Shown here one piece after another: positions 24,923 to 37,361 of a DNA stretch of 64,000 nucleotides. Position 1 is the stretch's first letter, and each line of letters begins with the position of its first letter. Origin of the DNA: Octopus bimaculoides (lineage: Eukaryota); contig NC_068981.1 of NCBI RefSeq assembly GCF_001194135.2, forward strand, positions 51,418,096 through 51,482,095, given 5' to 3'. The position numbers and the translations under genes were made by a program. Below the pieces are notes generated by a model that was not told the DNA's origin, ran no database searches, and worked only from the letters and a program-made list of their open reading frames with translations.

Positions 24923-26090
24923 TTCTCTTTATCGCAGATTTAATTGGAGCTCCTGGAGTCTTGCATGCGTAGCGGGCTTACTATCTGCAGCCTACGGCAC
25001 CATGCTATTCGTTCTTTTCAGCTATCTAATACTTTCCCGATTATTCTGGCCGTGCCAAAACGGAAAACGTTTTGTAACAGTTCTACTGGGCACTCTATTC
25101 CAATTTCCTTTATATACGCCTTGATGCCTTCTGGTACTATTCCCAAAGACCCAGCAATAATTGGCACCATCTTCACCTTCTTCATTTTCCACAGCCGGGC
25201 TATTTCGTACTTAAGATGGTTGTATTTATCGATCTTTTTCGCCTTCCTTCTTGACTATTCGTGAGTCAAAGTATGCAACGTCAACTACATAGCATATATG
25301 GTACATCTTGTCTACCACCACTAGGTCTGGTCTGTTATTCTCTAACACCTGATCTGTTTGGACTGGGAAATCCCAGAGGACTTTGCTAATCTCCATGTCT
25401 ACCGTTTTCTGCGGACTGTGCTTATACCATAACTTACCTATCTCTAACCCCAACTTTTCGCAGTTTCCAATGTGACACTTTCACTACATGGTCGTATTGC
25501 CACATAGTAGTTTTGGGGCATTCGTTTGTGATATGGGCAATGGTTTCATCAACTCTATTGCCGATGCGGCACAGCCTATTTCTATTAGTTTTGTAGTATT
25601 TGCAGAGGATAAATGTCTAAATTTTTCTACTAGATATTGGTTTGGGAAAATTTGGTTTCATTATTCTTCGGGTGTTTTTGCAGAGTCTCTCATAATTTCA
25701 TTGATTAACTGGACTAAATTTTCGTGTACGTACGGGAGCGAGGCAAGCCAGAAATTTGGCATCCTATCATTACCAGGAGATTTCCACTTATGAGCATTTG
25801 TGAGTGTCATCCTTAGATCTACTATTGTGATGTCTTCTCATACTTGTTCTGGTAAGTTTGGTAGGATCCTTCTGTGTGTCTAATCCAGTCGACATTTTCA
25901 TCGTAATTCTTTTCATTACTCCAGATATTTTTCCAGATGTTTTCAACTTCATCCAGGACAGGGAGTGGTCTTCAATGGTTATTTTCTCTTTCCCTATTTC
26001 TCAGTAGTCTGTTTCCTCATTGGATATAAACAGCTTATTTTGTTTGTAAAATGTTTCTCTTCTCAAATCTACGCATCCTTTGAGATTTTT
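24923..26090 (-). mobile_element. R4/Dong-like RLE LINE, 5'-truncated, flanked by (TAA)n on both sides
   Basis: VLWDFPVQTDQVLENNRPDLVVVDK...VDVA (PD-D/ExK-type RLE), followed by KMVPIIAGSLGIVP and GTARIIGKVL. Confidence 0.88.
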
Positions 26091-26092
26091 TT

Positions 26093-26138
26093 TATTATTA
26101 TAATTATAATTATTATTATTATTATTATTATTATTATT
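26093..26138. repeat. (ATT)n microsatellite
   Basis: Read directly. Confidence 0.95.
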
Positions 26139-26276
26139 GTATTTTTGACTGTTGTATTTGTACGCGTTGGCTCCAAGACTCACCCAGAGACCTCAAGAGA
26201 CAACGAGACACTAATCAAGTACACGGGGCTATGTAAATGACTAGACTCTGCCCCTGAAAACTGTGTAAAAAGTAGA

Positions 26277-26277
<1 letters not shown>

Positions 26278-26332
<55 letters not shown>
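26278..26332. repeat. (AGT)n microsatellite
   Basis: Perfect run. Confidence 0.97.
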
Positions 26333-26559
26333 ATGAACATTACCTAACATCTATTTAGGGTAAGATAAAAGCACACTAGTCAAGAATTAGAGCCGTACAT
26401 GTTTCTAAAAGCTGAATTAGTTACTAACAGGATATTTGCATTAAAGTAAAAACGATTTCTAAGACACCATATCTCATTGAATTGATGTTTTCATAGAAAC
26501 GTGATCAAATGAATAACAGCTGGAAGCTATTTACCAAAGTGTGCAGTTAATGTGTGCGC

Positions 26560-26606
26560 ATATACATACACACATACATATATATATATATAGATATGTA
26601 TGTATC

Positions 26607-26664
<58 letters not shown>

Positions 26665-26672
26665 TATACACA
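26560..26672. repeat. (TA)n-rich microsatellite
   Basis: Read directly. Confidence 0.9.
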
Positions 26673-28247
26673 TGTGTTCTATACTTTACACATCCCAAAA
26701 ATATTTGTAGATATAAAGAAACGACTACGTCAAATAATCAAGAGGTTTACCAATATGGCTTTTGAGATGCTAGCGTGCTGTACATTTTCTTAAAATTGAC
26801 CTGGATTAGTCAGTAATTCTTCATGCAAAAATACATTCTGCGGTATAGGTGGACTAGATAACAATAAGTTCAATGTATTGGCTTTAGACACCTTTGCTGT
26901 AACGGAATACAGAAAATTACTGCTTCATATTGCCGACTGACGAATATGTTATTAATTCAGGCAACCAGAGCACTCAGTATGTGGAAAATAGAATAAATTG
27001 TAGATAAGTTTTTATTATTGACTGACGGAAACACTTTATTTTAGCTGGCTAGGCAAATTTCCTGCTCTCTCGAATATACTGAACAGTTGTTAAATTGCCC
27101 GGATTATGAGAATTACTGGAAGGTAATTGTAAAAATATTACATGTAAAATGCATTTTAAAAGTATTGTTTTTCTATTGGTGTCTTACTATTCCCACTAAG
27201 TGTCTTATTCTTATGACTGCAGTTATAATAGAATCTGATATACGAAGCCAGATCTTCTGAATTTCATCAATATGTTTTTGAAATCTATTTATTATCTAAT
27301 GCAATACGACATCTTTCAAAGAACTTAACGCGTCACTCTGTAGTTTATTGAAACATTGTTGAGTATTTTGTCGAAATACAGAGGCGAAACAGAAGATGTA
27401 GCTTTGCTGGTTGAAGATCAATAGAAAAAAAATATATATTGTCAACAGGCATACACATAAAGATACATATATACACATTATTATATTTACCTGTCATGTG
27501 TTGTTAAATCAAAGTTTATGGAAACAAGAGAGAATTTTGAAAATTTTCTGAAGCAAATATATAGTTGGTCGATATTGTAGGATGGTAAAATAAGCTAATA
27601 ATATATATATCAAAACAACTAAATAGAAAATGTGTGATGTTCTAGGGTAAATTATTCACCCATATTTCAAGTCGAATGACAAGTTGAATGTAGCATCTCT
27701 CAAGCATTGTACAGAAAATGTTACTTCAGGCAGTGTTTCTTATTAACTGATCTATAGGCGAATTGACAATTGAAGCGACCAATATTATTGCATTTTGGAT
27801 CTGTTGCTCGAATGGTAAACGGTTTTTCTGGCAAAGAGCAAATCGGAAATTTAATTTTGGCTTAAATCAAAGTGAATGAATGATGATGCTATTATCTCGC
27901 AGAAATATCTCTTCACCCAATCCTGTAAGTCGATTAGTATTTCTGCTCGAATGTAAATAGTATTAAATAAGTGACAAATGTGTGAAAACTTTTAGTATAG
28001 CAGTAAAGCTTGTTCCTTGATAAAATAAAGAGATAAATTGCATCTTTTATGTATGTATCTGTATGAATATATATCATATAACGCGTGCGCGAACTTATAC
28101 TCCCACACATGGACACAAAACACGCAATTTATTATATTATATCATGTGTGTGTATATATATGTATGTGTGTGAGTGTGTGTATGTATGCATGTATGTATG
28201 TATGAATGTATATATATATATATATACACACATGATANNNNNNNNNN

Positions 28248-28280
<33 letters not shown>

Positions 28281-28439
28281 AGGCACACACATTTACATAT
28301 AGAAACACATATATACATACCTGTGTGTATGTGTCTCTGTGTGTGTGTGTGCGAGAGTGTGTGTGTGTGTGTGTGTGCGTGTGCAAACGGGCGCGCGTAT
28401 GTGTGCGCGTGTGTGCGTGCGTTTATTCTTCCTATTATT

Positions 28440-29700
28440 TTAATGATTTATCTTTGTTAATAAAAAGATTTCATATTTTCTTATTAGACCTTTTATATTT
28501 CTTTGGGGCAAATACAGTTCTTAAGTGTATCGACGTTTCTACAACTTCCAAGTGTCGTCTTTTGGAAGAAATGTTCTGTGAGTGGCGGTTTTTATTGCCG
28601 TTTAATGAGAATGATGTTGAAACTTTTTACCGTTAACGTCAGTTTACTTTCAGTCTAGTGCTAGATTGTTGCTAGGCTGTTATCACTGTTTTAGGTTTTG
28701 CCTTATGCTTTGCTATTTATATAATTTCCATGACGAATGGGAATTCCATGTAACACATTTACATTCTCAACAATTTTGTTTTCTATCTGGTTATTTATTT
28801 AGCCCCAGGTCAGCAATACCTGAACGAAGGTATTTCATCTAGCATCGATTAGTATTATATAATGGAAGGTTTGGTTGTAAATATGGTTTCTTTCAAATAA
28901 TACTTTGCTGATATAATATATTAATGCTAGGTTACGGTTGATTCTAAGGCTTTTTTGTTTAGTCTTATGAATGTTCCTATCGCGTGAACATCTACTGCAT
29001 TGTACGAATAGTTGCGCTCACAATACGTTATACTGACATTCATGGTGAAATGAACACTTATAACGATGCAACCTGCTGATTATTACAACATTCTCATTTT
29101 GTTATAGCAAGGGTGAGTGCTTATCTTCGTAAATGTTCAGATGTTGATCGGAAGAGAACCCTAGTAATGTGTTCGACACACGGATATGACAAAAAATATG
29201 AAGCTGATGGTAATGTCTAGAAAGAGTTGTTATAGTGAAGTTGTTATATATGTGGATGCATTGATGTAGCTGGTTAAGCGTTTAAAATTAGTTTGATTAT
29301 GTTAAGCCGATATAATTTTATACCGGAATTGTTGGTGCGCACTATTAGGGCGGTCGGTGAAGTAAGTGGTTGTAAAATATATAGGATTGTTTTATAAAAG
29401 ATTCAAACAGTTGTTTCTAGTTTGAATGTTTTAATATCTTTTATGGTGCGTATTGCTTGAGTGAAGTCTGTGATAATTGTGTAAAAGACACGTGAATGTA
29501 TGAATTTTAGTAAACCTTCCTCAATATCTGGTTTGTTGTAAAGTGATCTGATTAAGGATTTTAATGGACTTAACTAATTTAGAGTTGAAGTTATGTGTCT
29601 TGTGTTGTTGAAATTCAATGTCCTGTGCGATGATTAAATTTGTTTCCCTTCCTGGAAAATGGAAGGTTTTTTTTCAGTAAAAATGTTTACATCGATACTG
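28440..29700 (-). mobile_element. Decayed Penelope-like element
   Basis: Minus translation SLYNKPD...QAIR resembles the PLE TxxYxKPT...Q.xR thumb motif. GAAACGTCG at ~28529-28537 is typical of pLTR hammerhead remnants. Confidence 0.45.
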
Positions 29701-31639
29701 TTATATTGCAATGTGTTTAACTACTTGTATTTCGTGACTGGTTTGCATTTTTATAATCTTGGGGATTGAGTTATTACTTGTAATATTATATCAGGCAAGA
29801 TCATTGTTGCAGCTCTAAGCCCTCCACAGACAAATAACTGTTAAACCGAGCTTTAACAGTTCGGCATTGTGTGTGTGTGTGTGTTTTGTGTGTGTGTGTA
29901 CTTGTGATTTAGGAACACGGCAAATAGTGTTATAATATTTATAGGACAGAAATGAAGTTGATGCAGCCATCGGCAATCTTCAAAAAGAACAATTCAGAGT
30001 AGAGTACTTCAATCAACTTCTATGGCTCATACTGTTTTAAATAGCCCTTTGAGATATTACTTTGAGTATCACAGCAGCTACACTAACTGGCAATTATACA
30101 ATCAATATTTCTGATATTATAACCCACAGAAAGTTAGCATTGTCGTAAACAGGCAGACTAATGAAAACTACATGCAATTATATTCCGTGGAGCTTCATAC
30201 GCTTCCCTCACAGCTTTCTCGCTCATTGAAACCTAGATACACAGATTAAAATCTCAGAGAATTGCAATAAGTTTCGGAAGCTACAAATAAGATAGGAGGT
30301 TTACGCATATTCTAATAAACCTGTTATGGCATGTAGACGGAAGCAGGTTGCAAGTTGAGAATATTTATAACAAGATTATTTATTCATAATTTCGATGGCT
30401 TTGTTGAAGACATTTATTCTCTACTGCCAGGACAACGATCGCCGCATTTTTAAATGAACAAACCACTGAGACAAGACGACTTTATTACAGTTTATAAGAT
30501 TTAAGAAGAAAATAATTATGTACTAACTAAAACAGGACAAATCAGTAAAGGAAGATGTGCTCCCACAGAGTGTGCTAAAATCCAACTGTCTTAAACACTT
30601 TAGTTTTATGAATGGTCTGAAGGAAATTTAATGTGGCACCAAACATCGTTATTCAATGAATGCCTTAATCTGAGCTTTATTTTGGCTCGTGCCACATTCA
30701 CTCCATCTTTATCTATTAAGGCAACGACAGATCATTTCCTGCAGAGGAGATTGATAATACCAAAACATTTTCACACTTACCAAATATGAAGACAATCAGC
30801 GTTTCATGAACATGGATATTCAAGTAAACTAAAAATATCATTGTTGTCAAACAGTTCAGTTGATATATTCTAAATTATTTGAGTTGAAATGTAGAATATA
30901 AATGAATCCAAGTCGAGCTGATGCTGCGGGATTTCAAAGAAACTATTCAGTATTTACTTTCTTGAACAATGACCAATGCTGTTGCAAATTCAGAATCGGA
31001 TGTGATACCTCTAAGGATGGAAAATACATGAAGATGATGCATTTAGTCGGAAATAATTCAACTGTTGTTGCAGTTTCACTTCAATCCATACGGATGTTTT
31101 CATGTTTTATGTTTCTATATTTTCATTTTCGTCCAATTTCTTCTACTCCAAGGGAAATAAATTTATCTCTTAAAATATCTGGCAACAATGAAGTAACATA
31201 AACAAAAATACCTATTGTTCTTCTTACAAAATGCCAGAAAACAGAAAAGCTATCACATGATTGTGCTTATTACATGGACCTGCCAAAAATGAAACAAGAA
31301 TTGACCAACTGCATGAATCACCTCACATAAAAAGACACGTGAAACATTCGTTTTTGCTGTTAATACGATAAATAGGCACGGTTCTGTGAAATATAACCAA
31401 ATTTATAAACCAATATCTAGTAGAAAAACTTAGACATTTATCCTCTGCAAATACTACAAAACTAATAGAAATTGGCGAATTTCCAATGAAAGGTTGAAAT
31501 ACTTGTTGTTATGTACGTATATGATATAGCGAAGCACAAAACTAATTACATGGCAATATTTCAGAGATACACATCTCTTGCAGACTCAAATAGGCTTATC
31601 AATATCATTATGATCACATGACTATCATCATGTTTTCAA

Positions 31640-32230
31640 TAGTTATGTACCCTTTGTTATTTGCAACACCACGCGTATATCCGTATTATTGTAGTGCATG
31701 CAACATTGATAGTTTATGGTTCAAAGTAGTGTTGAGGTTCATACTTTCATGTTTTGTCTATTTGAACAGAATATGTTCGATGAAAATAAAGTTATTTTGT
31801 TCAGCATGTTTCCATACGTCTTGTGAGATCAGGTATGTATTTTTTTACGTATCGAGTGGTGATTGGGTGGAGTGTATATTACCTGAGTGGGATGGATTTT
31901 GCCGTATAAGTAGGTGGCACATATGCATTTGAGTTCTTGGATGTGATATTGTATAAGGGGCTCACTGTGTATGTCTATATATCATTTTATGGATGATTGT
32001 GTAGAGCATGGGCTATATTTTATCTGGTGATAATTATTAGCTGTATATGCTGCGTGCATTTTTCGCATAGTGTACCGTATGAAATGTGCTATTGAATGGA
32101 AAATATCTTATATGAGATGAGGGAGTGCCCATAATATATATTTGAGAGTTCTGGTGTGTTTGTATACTGCTTACCTATACTTCTTAACAACTACTCCGAT
32201 TTACTTTTGCTTACTTCTACACTCTTCATC
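31640..32230 (-). mobile_element. Decayed Penelope-like RT fragment
   Basis: AVYKHTRTLKYILWALPHLI*DIFHSIAHFIR resembles VYxKPTxTxxYL..S.HP...I..S.FxR. Confidence 0.5.
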
Positions 32231-33097
32231 TCGTATGATTATCGGCCTTGTTAGAGTCTCTTACCAAACTTTAACGTGCGCTTCAATGCCCCACCACCAT
32301 TTTAACTTAGTTTTTAACGTTTGGAAGAATTTCTCTTAATCTTTTCTCCACACAAATAGAGAATTTCTTCTTTTCTGTTTCTTTTTCTTTTTTTTTTTGT
32401 AAATCTTGAGATCTTTGAAAAGAAAAGAGAGACGCTTTGTTTGTAGTATTCTTTTGAAGCTCACGGATCTCCGGAAATTATACATATGTAGAATATATAG
32501 ACGTAGAATATATAGGCGTAGAATATATATGTATGCGTGTTTGTATGTGCGTTTGTCATTGTCATACACATATATATATATATATATATACGTATCTATG
32601 ATATGCATTTATATATATATATATNNNNNNNNNNNNNNNNNNNNNNNNNNNNNNNNNNNNNNNNNNNNNNNNNNNNNNNNNNNNNNNNNNNNNNNNNNNN
32701 NNNNNNNNNNNNNNNNNNNNNNNNNNNNTCCATCACGAAATCTACATCTTTTTTTTTTAAAGAAAAAACACCACGTATCAGAGTTTTGTTAAATAAAAAC
32801 TACTTCAAAATATCGCTTTAATTGATTGTAATTCTTGATAACATAAATTAACTGAGGCTAACACAATTTGTGAGTGATGTAAATTACAGCTGAAATCTTT
32901 TTGTATTCAATAGACTTTAACCTTTCATTTGTGGGTCCGTTAATTGAGTCTATTGACCGTATTCTTAGATTTGACATTCGTCATATAAGTACTCAGTTCT
33001 CAACTTCATAAATAAGTTCAAGGCATGCGATTACATTCATACATACACACAGAGAAAACCATACGCATGCACACACACGCGCGCCCATCATATACAT

Positions 33098-33143
<46 letters not shown>

Positions 33144-35294
33144 GAGAATATACAAATAATAACAACAGACGAGGACAGGTGGTATAAATAACAAAAGTAT
33201 ATATTAGTATGACGCTCGGGAATACGGNNNNNNNNNNNNNNNNNNNNNNNNNNNNNNNNNNNNNNNNNNNNNNNNNNNNNNNNNNNNNNNNNNNNNNNNN
33301 NNNNNNNNNNNNNNNNNNNNNNNNNNNNNNNNNNNNNNNNNNNNNNNNNNNNNNNNNNNNNNNNNNNNNNNNNNNNNNNNNNNNNNNNNNNNNNNNNNNN
33401 NNNNNNNNNNNNNNNNNNNNNNNNNNNNNNNNNNNNNNNNNNNNNNNNNNNNNNNNNNNNNNNNNNNNNNNNNNNNNNNNNNNNNNNNNNNNNNNNNNNN
33501 NNNNNNNNNNNNNNNNNNNNNNNNNNNNNNNNNNNNNNNNNNNNNNNNNNNNNNNNNNNNNNNNNNNNNNNNNNNNNNNNNNNNNNNNNNNNNNNNNNNN
33601 NNNNNNNNNNNNNNNNNNNNNNNNNNNNNNNNNNNNNNNNNNNNNNNNNNNNNNNNNNNNNNNNNNNNNNNNNNNNNNNNNNNNNNNNNNNNNNNNNNNN
33701 NNNNNNNNNNNNNNNNNNNNNNNNNNNNNNNNNNNNNNNNNNNNNNNNNNNNNNNNNNNNNNNNNNNNNNNNNNNNNNNNNNNNNNNNNNNNNNNNNNNN
33801 NNNNNNNNNNNNNNNNNNNNNNNNNNNNNNNNNNNNNNNNNNNNNNNNNNNNNNNNNNNNNNNNNNNNNNNNNNNNNNNNNNNNNNNNNNNNNNNNNNNN
33901 NNNNNNNNNNNNNNNNNNNNNNNNNNNNNNNNNNNNNNNNNNNNNNNNNNNNNNNNNNNNNNNNNNNNNNNNNNNNNNATATATATATATATAGTTATAG
34001 TTATTTTTGTATAAGCGTCGATGTGTCATGCGATAGGGTGTATATACGCCACTTAAGAGAATGCGAGTTCATTCCTTTAATACAGATGTTGAATAAACTC
34101 TTATTGAATAAACTCTTTGGGAAACAGTCTCTTTCTGTCACTCTTACGATACATGGCTTGTAATTTTAACTGATACCAAATCAAATACACATCACGAAGA
34201 AGTTGTCAATGATTTTTATATTAACAACACATCTCACGCGTATTTTATCTTTCAAAACTCTAGTAGTGACATATTGTAGTATACCACCATAAACATTATG
34301 GCAAGATATTAAGGTAGGATATTAATAAATAAAATTAGACTAAGAACTAAAATTAGACTAAGAACTGTATTCAATTAGTTCTGAATATATTTAAGGCGGT
34401 TGCACGTAGATGTGTTTCATGAAGTCAAATTTATATTTTCATGGCTTATACTATCAAGGTAATACGATAGCACTGAACATATTGTAAGTTATGCTATACG
34501 AGCAAAAAATATTACATCAGTTATTTCTTAAAGAAAATTAACAACGCCTGATTTCAATCCAAAATTATTTAATTCACTGTGGTTTTACCGTATTCAGTAA
34601 TATTCAATAACATTTGATTCAATTTATTATACGCTTCATTGGTTAAGGTTTATTATTTTGCAGGCTCTGATAGAATTTAGGAAATAGGGTTTAGGTTTTA
34701 AGTCTCAGGGCAACGGCTGGGTTTGGTCACTGTTGAATACTTTTGTTGATACTAATCTTTTAAAAATTCTAATTCATTACAAAAACGGGTTGATCGTGGA
34801 TGAACAGTTATATTTGTGTTGAAAGTATTTGCGTATATGTTGTATAACCCGTACATTTAACGCTTACAGATACAGAAGAACTTCAAATCAATCGGACTAT
34901 TAATTCTTTTGAAACGATTTCTGCACGGTAGCCTGGAAATATGGAATTCTCATGCATTTTTTAAATTCTGAAATTCTATCAAGAACAAATATTGGTTTGT
35001 TCCTGGCAGCAAAGTGCAAAGTGTACATAGATCATGCCTCATCCACTGGACACTCATTAATTCTGAGTTTTGTGTATTCAATGCTTCCCAAAAAAGGACT
35101 GTCTATCACCTCACACAAATGTTATCGGGGACGTTTCAGCAACCATACCAGAAGATCATGTTTGTTTACACTCATGAAAGTTCTAAGTGGGGCCAGTATG
35201 TAAATTTTAAAAGAGAAAAATCTTAACTCAGAAAAAAAAATCAAAGTGAAACAACAGCTGCAAAAATTTATTGGAAACATGAAAAGAAATAAAC

Positions 35295-35378
35295 TTAATA
35301 AAGGATACTAATTATTTGTATATATATGTATGTACGTATGTATGTATGCGTAGAAACGCACATACATACATGCATACG

Positions 35379-35452
<74 letters not shown>

Positions 35453-35465
35453 TGTATGTATGTAC
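35295..35465. repeat. Compound (TATG)/(CATA)/(TA) microsatellite
   Basis: Read directly. Confidence 0.85.
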
Positions 35466-37361
35466 TCCGGTTCAGTGTACCACTTTTTAGCCGTCAAAAC
35501 AATTTCCGGTGGTCACCGTCGTAAATGATTAATACAACAATGTCAAGTTTCATAAGATATTAATACCTTGCAAACATTTTCTGAAGCTAATAATGATGGG
35601 TTGATATCATCCTCAATGCTATGGCAAAATTCACATTTTCCATTGTAATATGGATAGACCAAGACACATGTCTCTTTTTCATTGATGTGTTATATGATAG
35701 TCTTCTCCTTTTCTTAAATTTTAGGTAGGTATGTGATTCATTATTCACGTATATGTCTAGAAGAGATTGTTTGATTTTTCTATCAATGTCGTTAGTATCT
35801 TCTCTCTTGCGGCATATGTAATTATGTATAAGTTTTGACAGAAGTGTTTCGCTTCCAACTTTCTGTCTATGTTGATTATTTCAGCTACCGTCCCGCTACA
35901 TGGAGCAACTGTAAATTCAGAGTCTCTCTTCAAAAGTTCTTCGCTACAGACTCGTGGTCTGTTTAAATATCAATTGGGTCATAGTCAGCTTAAATCATAT
36001 CTACAAACTGAACAGATGTTGAACATGCCTCTCATGATTTTATCGGGTACACTGTGATAAGTGTTGTCTTATTGATATACAATGTCACTCGAAAGCCATT
36101 TGTACTAATTTTATAACGTTGGAAGGATTTCATTCCAATCTCCTTTCCTACATTTAACATTTATATTGTCAGTGTTACTCTTGATGTGTATCATCTACAA
36201 GTGATATTTTATGTATTCCACGTCTTCTTGTGTAAGCTGTCGATAATTAATAGCATCTAATCTTATATTGCAAATATCGCTACTAGCATTGGTACTGACT
36301 ATGTTTGATTGGATTTGGTCTAATTAAATAAAGACAGTTCTAAAATATTCATCTTCTACTTCACTCAAACCTTTTTTTAAAGAACCAACATACTCAACAT
36401 TCTCATTCATTCTAGAAACTTTAGCATTTGCCATTGGAAACAGGGGAGTTAATCAGGCTATTTTTATCATATTTCTAGTTTTGTCAGCAATTTTCTCCAA
36501 CTAGCTATCAGATATAAGTATTTATTCATATCAAACTCTATTGTTATGCTCTGTTAGAATGGTGTAGCCATTTTTAGCTGCTTTTTAGTGTTGTCATTCT
36601 GTTTTCGCTCTAAGGTTATTCCTTTTATCTGTGAACGTGCCCCGTTCACCGTTCCGGTACAGTTTAGACAGTTTGTCATTAAGTCAAAAATGGTGCTTTA
36701 GGAAGTCGTTTTCCATTTTCTATACATTGGTATCTTCTATTTATCCGGTATGTTCCCTATTCGACTGATTTGTTTTAGAGGGTATCTATTTTGTTTGTGT
36801 TTCGATTTCGACAAATGGCTGTTGTTCCCAGACTTTTGTTTGGTGAATAGCATTTGCAACACAAACCTGAATGCTTTTAATGTCCAAAGTCTGAGAGATT
36901 CAATTTATGCTGCAGGTTGTATAGTAATTTGATATGTCATAGAAAACATCAGGCCAGAATGTTGTCTATGACTCGCAATCGTTCTTCCATTTAGTAAGTT
37001 GTTTACATTAAATCTTGCCATGAGAAATGTTTTAGCTTGACATATCCAGGAATAATCTATGTTTCATTCAATTCCTCCCCCCACTTCGTCACTACTTCGT
37101 CTGCTGTAAAATACGCTTCTTTATATTTATTCAGAAAAGTTAACCAGTTTTTATACCAGACTTGTACTAATGCTGAAAATTTAAACATTATGTTCAGTAC
37201 AGGATAGAAGGTATACTCTCCTATACCCACGTGGCGTACCCACATGGCGTAACCACGTGGCGTAGTACAAACGTATATTTATGTATGCTTTATATATGTA
37301 TACATGTATTAACCTATTATGTATGAACTGAGTTAAATGTGCTCATGTATGTATGGAAGTA

